Position numbers and translations under genes: made by a program | Notes under the pieces: generated by a model | Told to the model about the DNA's origin: nothing | Databases searched by the model: none | The model's input: the letters and a program-made list of their open reading frames with translations, nothing else | From: Candidatus Thalassarchaeum betae | GTDB taxonomy: Archaea > Thermoplasmatota > Poseidoniia > Poseidoniales > Thalassarchaeaceae | Assembly: GCF_022448665.1 (NCBI RefSeq) | Contig: NZ_JAKUUO010000004.1 | Reading direction: 5' to 3' (one strand) | Length of the DNA stretch: 64,000 nucleotides | Shown: one piece after another, positions 1 to 8,377 of the stretch | Numbering within the stretch: position 1 is the first letter of the stretch | Layout: each line of letters starts with the position of its first letter

Positions 1-1
1 G

Positions 2-2539
2 GGTGAGTGGGTAGTCACAATCGACGCCTTCGAGACCTCTCCGGGCGTCGAGGAGATCCTGCGTGACTTGATTTCCGTTTCAGCGGACACCGCTTCAGAA
101 GATCTGGTTTTCTCTACGGGCGAGGTCGCTAGATTCTCGATCACGCTCTACGAGGACTACTCGGAGGGGGCGATGGAAGGAATTTCACTAGACCTTGTCT
201 CAGGAGACGGGCTCGGTTTGGTCCACCTCGACTCGACCGACTCCTCAGGCCAGATCCCTATCAGAGTGGCCCCTGGCGCCTGGAACGTTGAGTTCAATCT
301 CACTGAAGACCGAGTGCGTTGGACGGTCGAATCCACGAACGAGTCAGCTTTCGAACTTGTTGCCGGCGACAACCCCGATGTCAACGTAACTGCCTCCAAA
401 TTTATTGAGACAGGCTCTAACGTGTTCTGGGACTTCGATGATGACAACCGTTCGGATGTGGGTGAAGGAGTCTCTAATGTTACTATTCACCTCAGTTCGG
501 AAGATAGCGACCTAACCACAGTTACCAACCTAACCACAGTTACCAACAATAATGGTGATTGGAGGGCCTTTGTCCCTGCAGGAAGCTTTTGGGAGTTGCA
601 TACTGAAATCGCAGGATTCGCCGATCAGCATAACCTATTGCAGATGGTCATTGACCCCGCTTGGACCGATATTGAACTAACTGCGGGAGAGGTAGAGGTC
701 AAAGGCAATGTCTCATACATCAATGAACAGCAATTCTCGCTAATCAGTGACTCTATTATTCTGAAGCTTCTCCCGGTTAGTGGCTTCGAGCGTGATACAA
801 TTGTTCCCGACAAGATTCTGATTAATGGCTCTTGGACGGGGGGATGGGAAGCACAGATTGAACCCGGTAATTGGGTTCTAAGAGTGACCTCAGTGGAAAA
901 CAACCTGGTTGCCATGGCCTTAGTGGAAGCAGGTGTTGTCGAAGGAGCGGAGATTGATGTCGAATTGAAAGTTGGTGGGTGGCTGAATCTCCCAACATCA
1001 TGGATAGACTACGAAGGAGATGAGCACACATTAGCGGTTCTGGAAACCGAAAACGCAGAGATAATCAATTCTCCCGACCCAATAATCAACATAGGGGCCG
1101 GGATGAGTTGGAATTCTTCGGTCGATGAGGAGGGCAATCTTAGGATACTACTACCGAGCGGAAGAATTGACGTATCGTGTACGGCACTGATTGTCCAGCG
1201 GAATCTCACCATGGAGTACGAAGGCGAGCAAGGAGTGGATATTCGTGTCAACCAAGAAACTCCTCCCACAACGCTGAATCTCATTAGGGAGGCGAGTCAA
1301 TACATCATCAGTTACATGATCAATAATTCTCAATGGAATGAATCCGAGGATTTTGATGTTGACATTACTACTTCCCTTCCAACTGACAATGGTGGCTATG
1401 AAGCAGTGTACTATCACTTGGGCGTGCAGTACGATGGACACGAAACATTCCAGACATATACTGCCTACCCGTTACTTGAGGGAGGAACCGCCGGCCTGCC
1501 CCTCAATGAAGGCGACGGTGGTTGGACGGTCGAACTCCACAACGGCTCGGGAATCTGGGGCGAGGAGACCAATATCTCGATGGGCTTGGATTCAATAACC
1601 AACTTCACCGAATTGCACGTCCGCATAATACCCCCAAATCAGAGTGTTGCCCACTATATAGAAGGGGGTGGACAGGTCACGATTTTCTTCAAGGATAACC
1701 CAGTTACATATTTCCACAATTACCACGACATCCGTGTCAACATCCCACAATTACACGGTTTCGAACTTACCGAACCGATGGCTGAGACTTATGGAATTTA
1801 TCCGGGAACCTCTTCTGGAATTGGAGTGAAACTCACTAATTCCGGCAATGGAGATGAGATGTTCACCTTCGAGTTCGACGACTCGGAGTTGCCCGATTAT
1901 TGGGAGAGGACTGGACCCATCACGCATACGCTGGGAGCTTTTGTCCAGACAACACACACTGTGACGATCAGGGCACCTGCAAACGCCAGTGATGAGGATT
2001 TCAAGATTTACGTGACCGTCCGTGACAGCGCTAACAACACCTACTCGGATGTCGAGATACACATTCAGACCTCTCGACCCGTACTGAGTATCGATTTCCA
2101 TCAGCTCTATGGCGGCGGAATAGATTTGGTCTCCGGGCAGACAGCGCTGTACTACGTGAATGTCACGAACTCGGGGCTAATCGATGCCATAATGGTGCAG
2201 TTGAACGGGACGCTGTGCAGTGACGTCAACTGCAATTCGGCGCTCCCCGTGAAGGGGACAGATATCGGGGACATAGCCGCGTCCTCTACGGTAACCTTCG
2301 AGATATTACTCGACCTGTCGGATATCGATCCGGCCACGTACTACGTGCAGTTCGAAATCAATGCGACAGGATTCGACTCCGTCGAGGAATACGACTCTCA
2401 GCAGGTCAAGGTCCGCTCGGCTCCGATCGAGGAGACGACGGACTGGATCACTTGGCTGCTGGGTGGCCTGCTGGTGGTGGCTCTGCTGCTGTTGACTAGG
2501 AGCGGCGGCGGAAGGCGAAGGTCGAGCGCCCCCTTCTGA
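2..2539 (+). CDS. Large secreted/surface protein, 5'-partial. Single C-terminal TM helix plus short Arg-rich tail (..WITWLLGGLLVVALLLLTRSGGGRRRSSAPF). Many N-x-S/T sequons.
   Basis: The frame of ORF 68..2539 stays open back to nt 2, so the gene continues beyond the window. GC3-rich codons. A C-terminal hydrophobic stretch is followed by a basic tail. About 20 N-x-[ST] sequons suggest a heavily N-glycosylated ectodomain. No recognisable catalytic motif. Confidence 0.6.
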   Translation, partial: GEWVVTIDAFETSPGVEEILRDLISVSADTASEDLVFSTGEVARFSITLYEDYSEGAMEGISLDLVSGDGLGLVHLDSTDSSGQIPIRVAPGAWNVEFNLTEDRVRWTVESTNESAFELVAGDNPDVNVTASKFIETGSNVFWDFDDDNRSDVGEGVSNVTIHLSSEDSDLTTVTNLTTVTNNNGDWRAFVPAGSFWELHTEIAGFADQHNLLQMVIDPAWTDIELTAGEVEVKGNVSYINEQQFSLISDSIILKLLPVSGFERDTIVPDKILINGSWTGGWEAQIEPGNWVLRVTSVENNLVAMALVEAGVVEGAEIDVELKVGGWLNLPTSWIDYEGDEHTLAVLETENAEIINSPDPIINIGAGMSWNSSVDEEGNLRILLPSGRIDVSCTALIVQRNLTMEYEGEQGVDIRVNQETPPTTLNLIREASQYIISYMINNSQWNESEDFDVDITTSLPTDNGGYEAVYYHLGVQYDGHETFQTYTAYPLLEGGTAGLPLNEGDGGWTVELHNGSGIWGEETNISMGLDSITNFTELHVRIIPPNQSVAHYIEGGGQVTIFFKDNPVTYFHNYHDIRVNIPQLHGFELTEPMAETYGIYPGTSSGIGVKLTNSGNGDEMFTFEFDDSELPDYWERTGPITHTLGAFVQTTHTVTIRAPANASDEDFKIYVTVRDSANNTYSDVEIHIQTSRPVLSIDFHQLYGGGIDLVSGQTALYYVNVTNSGLIDAIMVQLNGTLCSDVNCNSALPVKGTDIGDIAASSTVTFEILLDLSDIDPATYYVQFEINATGFDSVEEYDSQQVKVRSAPIEETTDWITWLLGGLLVVALLLLTRSGGGRRRSSAPF
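511..546 (+). repeat. Perfect in-frame 18-bp tandem duplication (cctaaccacagttaccaa x2) encoding LTTVTN-LTTVTN inside the first surface-protein gene
   Basis: Direct reading: 511..528 and 529..546 are identical. Confidence 0.9.
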
Positions 2540-2604
2540 GGCCTCGATGACCACCTATAGGGCTATGACTCGTCTAACCCGCGCGTGAAGGCGGAGCGGT
2601 CGAG

Positions 2605-3843
2605 ATGCAGCCCAAGGACAACCTCGAACTGCTGCCCGAGCCAGAAGAGCCGAGGATGCTGACCACAATCGACTCCGACGCTCCCGGATACCCGGGCGAG
2701 GCCTACGGCATCACAGATGAGGAGGCCAAGGAACTCAGATGGCCTGCGACCCCGCTAAGGAAGATTCTGTGGCCTTGGGGTGCGATTACCTTCGCTGTAG
2801 GGACCGTCTTCCTCCTAGTCGTGATGCCGTACATCAATGCCTATCTGGCTCCTGTTCTGCCTGAGTCCGAATGGGCCTACGAGTCCACAGGGATCAGGGA
2901 ACTGCAAGACTCAGGACTCACCGGTGAAGGGGTCCATGTCTGCATTGTGGACACAGGCATCGACCTCGAACATCCCGATTTCGAGAACCTCAGCCTCGCC
3001 GGGTTCCGTGACTTCTACGAGGGCCAGCACGATGACATCAGGGACATCGGGGAGGAGTTCCACGGTACTATGATGGCCGGTCTGCTGGTAGCCGACGGCA
3101 AGTACTACGGTGCAGCCCCAGGGGTCGACCTATCGATCGCCCTGGCACTCAGTCCTGCTGGTACCTCCGGCCAGGAGGACAGGGTCGCACAGGCGATCAG
3201 ATGGTGCAGGATCACCCAGGGGGCCGACATAATCAGTCTGAGCCTAGGCAGCGACCCCGGCAGCGGGATGGGCATTCAGTCCGAGACCGTCATGGCCGTC
3301 CAAGAGGCGTTGGACGCTGGCATCTTCGTGGTCGCCGCAGCGGGAAACACAGGTGATGACGACAGCATCGGGGACGTTTCTACGCCAGCGAACCTCGAGG
3401 GGGTCATCGCAGTGGGCGCATCGAGCAGGAACGGGAACGCCTGGTCAGCCAGCGCCGAGGGATCGCTCCTAGACCCCTACACAGGGGAGAACAGGTCCTA
3501 CCCCAATCAGAAGCCGGAGGTCTCCGCCCCCGGCGTCCTTCTGTTCTCCACAGCCTCGACTGAGATATCCCCTCCCTACGCCTACTCCTCCGGGACCAGT
3601 GACTCCACTGTACTGGTCACCGGGGCCCTCGCGCTGATCTTGGAACTGCACGGCGAGGCACTGGCTGGAGACGACGGGACCTTCGATTCAACCGAGATGG
3701 CCATCGTGAAGAGAGCCCTCGCGAGTTCCTGCGACAAACAAGCCATCGGAGGGAGTCCGCATGACCCCAATGGCGGCTATGGGCTTCTGGATGCCGTTCA
3801 GTGGGCATCTGAAATAGCATTCGAACTCAATCTGGACGTTTAG
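2605..3843 (+). CDS. Subtilisin-like serine peptidase (S8 family) with an N-terminal signal-anchor TM helix
   Basis: Catalytic-triad motifs read in order: Asp HVCIVDTGID, His HGTMMAGLL, Ser GTSDSTVLVTGA. A hydrophobic segment WPWGAITFAVGTVFLLVVMPYI sits near the N-terminus. Confidence 0.8.
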   Translation: MQPKDNLELLPEPEEPRMLTTIDSDAPGYPGEAYGITDEEAKELRWPATPLRKILWPWGAITFAVGTVFLLVVMPYINAYLAPVLPESEWAYESTGIRELQDSGLTGEGVHVCIVDTGIDLEHPDFENLSLAGFRDFYEGQHDDIRDIGEEFHGTMMAGLLVADGKYYGAAPGVDLSIALALSPAGTSGQEDRVAQAIRWCRITQGADIISLSLGSDPGSGMGIQSETVMAVQEALDAGIFVVAAAGNTGDDDSIGDVSTPANLEGVIAVGASSRNGNAWSASAEGSLLDPYTGENRSYPNQKPEVSAPGVLLFSTASTEISPPYAYSSGTSDSTVLVTGALALILELHGEALAGDDGTFDSTEMAIVKRALASSCDKQAIGGSPHDPNGGYGLLDAVQWASEIAFELNLDV

Positions 3844-3927
3844 AAGCGTCAATTGTGCTTCACTGCCTTGCAATCAAAGACTTCTCCTCATTTTTCCTAA
3901 TGCGAGCCTACGGCTCGATACTACCCT

Positions 3928-6900
3928 ATGATTAAATCCGTTCCCGATTCCCCACGACGCATGCCTCGCAGTCAGAGAAGGCGCAGTCACTTCATCGTCA
4001 TGCTGATGCTGACGAGCCTGTTCGTCGCTCTCGTTGGTCCGGCAGCCCCGGTCTCAGCCAACAACGAGACGACCTCAGGGACCATCTCCGGCACCGAGAC
4101 CTGGTGGGGCAACCACGACCTGACCGGCGACGTCGTGATAGCATCCGGGGCCAAGCTTATCATCCAGCCTGGAACGAATGTCAACTTCCCCAACGGCACT
4201 CACCTCGATGTCCGCGGCAACCTGTGTGCTGGGGTCATGAACTGCGGAGCCGCAGGCAATGCCAACACCGCGCAGAGGATCAACTTCCACTGGAACGACC
4301 CTGCAAACAGCAGCGCCACCGGCGAGTGCTATGGCATGAGCCATGGGAACCAGGAGATCTTTGTGAGGGACCCCTCCTGCTACGAAGGCGTACTGATCCG
4401 CAACTCAATCGACCTGTCCGAGAGTGGATTCAGGTACATCAGGATCGACGGGGCGTGGGGAATACCCATGTACATTCAGTCAGTCTACGAATGGCGCTAC
4501 GGCGCACTGGTCATCGATGGTGCCAGCCCCACATTGACCGAGATCGAGTTCACTGACATCAACACTACCAGCCTGCTGACCACGAACCTCGCTCAGCCCC
4601 GGCTCGTCGGCGGCGAGTACACGGTCGGAACCGACGACGAGAGCGATGTGAGGGGCTCGGCGGTGCAGATCTACAGTTCGGGCACTCCGGTTACGCCGTT
4701 GATACTCGAGTCGCCGAACTTCATCGGGACCAACGTCGGCTGTGGCCGATGGGACCCGAGCCGACCAGTGCTCTGGGCCGAGGACACTTTCATCGAGGTT
4801 GACGGTGCGACCGCTGTCGGTGACTACGGCCTGAGCCTGCGTCACTCCTCGGGCAGTATCACAAACTCGGAGCTGAACGTCAACTGCAATGGGATAGACA
4901 TCAACAGCAGGAAGTCTGTCGGTAACGTGGATTACTCCATCGATGTAATCTCCAATGAGATCACAACTGCTGACGGCTCCCCCATCACCGTCTTCGACGG
5001 CGGTCTTGTTCGCATCGCGGACAATGACCTCCAAGGCGCGGACGAAGCTTCGGGGATATCGATTGAGTCGAGCGAGGTACAGGTCCTCAACAACGACATC
5101 GGCCCGATTGGCGGCTGGAACGGGCTGTGGATGCTCGGCTCATTCGACGTGGTGGCCGAGAACAACACCATCCACGACACTGCTAGGGAGCCTATACGTG
5201 CAGGAGAGTACGGCTCCCAATCACCAAACCCCCAGGCAGCGCGAGTCTATCTGGCCAACAACTCGATCACCTCTGACGGGACGGGCTCCTGTCAGGCCAC
5301 CAAGTACGATGACTGGGGTGGTGACTTCACCTGCCCTGCGGTCCACGCTTACAGGACCGGAGTCTCGATGTTCGACAACACCATCAACATCCCCGACACC
5401 GGTGACGCCGACGGAATCAGGGCCGTGGGCGCGCTTCTGGACATCCAGCGGAACACCTTCAACATACCAGGCACAGGTGCAATCGTCACGAACTACGACG
5501 ACGGCTATGCAGGCTCACAGCAGTACGGCACCCTCGCCTTCTTCTCACAGAACTCATGGGCGGGAGTCGGGATGACGTACAACGTCACCAAGAGCTCGAT
5601 TACAGTGCAGTCGGAGTACATCCCGAGCCCGCCTCCTGGCGAGTACCCGGTCCGGCTGCTCTGGTCCGATCAAGAGGCGTACCCTCCCAACGACTACCAG
5701 ACGAACATCCGTCCGACGTTCGTCAAAGACTGCGCCAACTGCGCCAACATGACCCCACGGGGGTTCCCGCTCGCCATTAACATGGACAACAACTCGACTA
5801 CCTTCACCTTCGCCAACCTGTCCAATCTCGACCGCAGCAAGATCTACATCGACACCACACCCTCGCCTCCGACGGTTCAGGTTCGTGTTGCCACGATGGT
5901 TCGCTTCCAGACTCTGGTCAATGGCGAACGGGTCGCTGGTGCTAATGTGCTGATCGAGGACGCACTGGGCAACGACATGTACTCCCTGTACACGAAAGGC
6001 GATGGCTACACACAGTGGTTCGCCCTACCATCGAACTTCCATCTCGACATCAGAGGCCTAGGGGGTGGCGACAACCCTAACCACTTCGCCATGGACGAGT
6101 ACGAGGACTCCTGTTCAGACGGGATCGATAACGACGGCGACCTGACGATTGACACCGCTGACGAAGACTGCGACACGCTATCTGGAACCCGGGAACTCTC
6201 TCGCTACTACTACACCGCCTACAGCTTCGGCTTCGGCTACGACCAGGGAGAATTCACCTTGACAGATACCACCCTGCAGGACACAATCAACCTCCTCAAC
6301 ATGGCCCCGACGGTCTTTGTCACGCAGTCTGACGGCCATTCCTACCGTAGAGTGGTCAACGTATCTGGCAGCGCCCATGACGGACAGCTGGCCGGAATCT
6401 ACGCCACCGACGAGTTGGCTCAGTGGGACCAAGGCGGCTACGTCCACGAAGTGCAGGTCAAAGACCCCTTCACGAGCGAGTGGAGCAATGCGGGACTGGC
6501 CGTGGACACCAGCGGAATGGACAGGGGACAGGTCACTAGGACAAACAGGCCGTTCAGCTCATGGTACTACGAGATCGACATGAGCCACCGGGAAGAGGGC
6601 GACTACGTCTTCGAGTTCAGGGCATTCGACGGTATTGACTACAGCCCGGTCATCTCCAAGATCATCAAACTCAACACCCAGCCCCCGACCATCACTGTGA
6701 CGTCCCCGAGCTCGTTCTCGACACACTCGGAGGGAACTGTGACCTTCGAGGGCACCGCTTTCGACTACTACGGCTGCCCAATACAGTGCAGCGTCGACAT
6801 CCAGGACATCTTCTTCCATATCGAAGGCCCCGATTTCGACATCACCACCCCTGCCGAAGGAGGCCCTGATTGGAGTTGGACTTGGGACTTCAGCGGCCAG

Positions 6901-8310
6901 CCCCGCCAGAGCGCAACTTACACGTTCACAGTTTGGGCCTCGGACACCGACTTCTGCGAGAGCGTGGTCGACGAATGCGTTCCAGTGGTCCTAACTCTGA
7001 CCATCGACAACTCGAACAGCCCGCCGTTCATCAGCATCATCACCCCGCAGGACGGGCAGAGGCTCTCGGTCTCCGAGGGGACCGTGTTCGAGGGCGTCGC
7101 CCGCGACAACGACGGGGCTATCTCCAGGGTCGACATTGAAGTCCAGGACGTCGCAAACGGTTATCTCTTGGTGTACTCCAACTCGGTGTCCGATTTCGCC
7201 CCCAACGGCGCTTGGTCGCTGGAATGGGACTCCACGCATCTGATGCATGACCAGCAGTACCTGATGCGATTCCGGTCTTACGACGGCTACGACTACAGTG
7301 ATTGGTCCGAACTGTTCATCGTCGCTGACAATCCTCCTGATGCGGGCAACAGCCAGCCTACTTTCGACCAGACTGGCTGGAGCAGCGAGATCAACCTCTA
7401 TTGCGAGACTAACTCGCAGGCTCAGGATCGCTGTACTAGGGCTGAGATCAACCTGTTGGACTATTTCGAGGACCCTGACCCCGGACAGGAACTGATCCTG
7501 GCCGTTTACGATGATGAGGGGACCATTTCAGACGACCACTTCGGTATGGTGATCAACGTCGGCATGGACGGGATGGCGATCTACAACCCAGTATCGATGT
7601 TCTTCTACGACACCGACATGACCACGTGGACCCTAGAAAACGTCGTCTTCGTCGCTACAGACACGTACGGCTCGAAGATCAACTCCAACCCAATCACCTT
7701 CTCTGTCACAGGGATAGCGTTCGACATTTCACCTCCTGATGACACCTCGGTGCCCTCTAACGGAGTCGCGGTCTTCACCGGTGTCGGACTCCCTGGCAAG
7801 ACGGTCACCGTGACTATCGCTGGGAACAACGTCAACAACACCGTCGTGGGCGAGGATTCGTTCTGGTCACTGGGAATCCCGGCATCGAGGATAGACGGCT
7901 CGGCCACCCCGGTCTTCAAGTACGGTGGCGAGGACTTCCACGAGGACGACTTCGACAACGACGACTGGACCATCAGAGTGGGCGGCTCTGGCGGAGGCGG
8001 TATGGGGATGGGCACAATCCTACTCATTCTGTTGGTGGTGATTGCAGCCATTGGCGGATTCGTTTACTTCTTCGTCGAGCTGGAGGAGGACGAGGACGAG
8101 GAGCTCGATGGCACTTCTGAAGTCAAGGAGGAGGCCGAGTCCGAGGACGCCTACGCATGGGCCAAGGAGGCTTACGCGGAACCCGGCATTACAGAGGAGT
8201 CCCCTCCTGAACCCGAATCGAGGCTGCAGGAGCACGATGAGCACCCCGGATGGCTCTGGGACCCCGATAACGAGGAATGGGTGCCCGATTCGGACCACTC
8301 TGACGCGTGA
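3928..8310 (+). CDS. Giant (1460 aa) surface protein. Signal peptide with an RR motif, right-handed parallel beta-helix (PbH1-like) repeats, beta-sandwich-like repeats, one C-terminal TM helix and a roughly 90-aa acidic Trp-containing cytoplasmic tail.
   Basis: N-terminus MPRSQRRRSHFIVMLMLTSLFVALVGPAAPVSA. Repeated NN-[ST]-I / GxxxxNN beta-helix-like segments (e.g. NNDIGPIGGWNGLWMLGSFDVVAENNTIHDT). C-terminus GTILLILLVVIAAIGGFVYFFV followed by LEEDEDEEL...HPGWLWDPDNEEWVPDSDHSDA. Confidence 0.75.
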   Translation: MIKSVPDSPRRMPRSQRRRSHFIVMLMLTSLFVALVGPAAPVSANNETTSGTISGTETWWGNHDLTGDVVIASGAKLIIQPGTNVNFPNGTHLDVRGNLCAGVMNCGAAGNANTAQRINFHWNDPANSSATGECYGMSHGNQEIFVRDPSCYEGVLIRNSIDLSESGFRYIRIDGAWGIPMYIQSVYEWRYGALVIDGASPTLTEIEFTDINTTSLLTTNLAQPRLVGGEYTVGTDDESDVRGSAVQIYSSGTPVTPLILESPNFIGTNVGCGRWDPSRPVLWAEDTFIEVDGATAVGDYGLSLRHSSGSITNSELNVNCNGIDINSRKSVGNVDYSIDVISNEITTADGSPITVFDGGLVRIADNDLQGADEASGISIESSEVQVLNNDIGPIGGWNGLWMLGSFDVVAENNTIHDTAREPIRAGEYGSQSPNPQAARVYLANNSITSDGTGSCQATKYDDWGGDFTCPAVHAYRTGVSMFDNTINIPDTGDADGIRAVGALLDIQRNTFNIPGTGAIVTNYDDGYAGSQQYGTLAFFSQNSWAGVGMTYNVTKSSITVQSEYIPSPPPGEYPVRLLWSDQEAYPPNDYQTNIRPTFVKDCANCANMTPRGFPLAINMDNNSTTFTFANLSNLDRSKIYIDTTPSPPTVQVRVATMVRFQTLVNGERVAGANVLIEDALGNDMYSLYTKGDGYTQWFALPSNFHLDIRGLGGGDNPNHFAMDEYEDSCSDGIDNDGDLTIDTADEDCDTLSGTRELSRYYYTAYSFGFGYDQGEFTLTDTTLQDTINLLNMAPTVFVTQSDGHSYRRVVNVSGSAHDGQLAGIYATDELAQWDQGGYVHEVQVKDPFTSEWSNAGLAVDTSGMDRGQVTRTNRPFSSWYYEIDMSHREEGDYVFEFRAFDGIDYSPVISKIIKLNTQPPTITVTSPSSFSTHSEGTVTFEGTAFDYYGCPIQCSVDIQDIFFHIEGPDFDITTPAEGGPDWSWTWDFSGQPRQSATYTFTVWASDTDFCESVVDECVPVVLTLTIDNSNSPPFISIITPQDGQRLSVSEGTVFEGVARDNDGAISRVDIEVQDVANGYLLVYSNSVSDFAPNGAWSLEWDSTHLMHDQQYLMRFRSYDGYDYSDWSELFIVADNPPDAGNSQPTFDQTGWSSEINLYCETNSQAQDRCTRAEINLLDYFEDPDPGQELILAVYDDEGTISDDHFGMVINVGMDGMAIYNPVSMFFYDTDMTTWTLENVVFVATDTYGSKINSNPITFSVTGIAFDISPPDDTSVPSNGVAVFTGVGLPGKTVTVTIAGNNVNNTVVGEDSFWSLGIPASRIDGSATPVFKYGGEDFHEDDFDNDDWTIRVGGSGGGGMGMGTILLILLVVIAAIGGFVYFFVELEEDEDEELDGTSEVKEEAESEDAYAWAKEAYAEPGITEESPPEPESRLQEHDEHPGWLWDPDNEEWVPDSDHSDA

Positions 8311-8377
8311 ATCACGTTCCGCCCTCGTCTCGCTAACATTCTTGAGTGGACGATTGCGCTCACGGCACGTGACAAGC

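Noticed and set aside
2440-2539. PGF-CTERM / archaeosortase-type sorting signal on the C-terminally anchored proteins
   Set aside because: No PGF (or similar) tripeptide precedes the TM helices. The tails are long and acidic rather than short and basic, except in the first protein, which still lacks PGF.
8042-8377. 5' extension of the STAND ORF reported by the ORF track
   Set aside because: It overlaps the acidic tail of the preceding giant gene in another frame and has an Arg/Ser-rich composition. The ATG at 8378 gives a sensible N-terminus.
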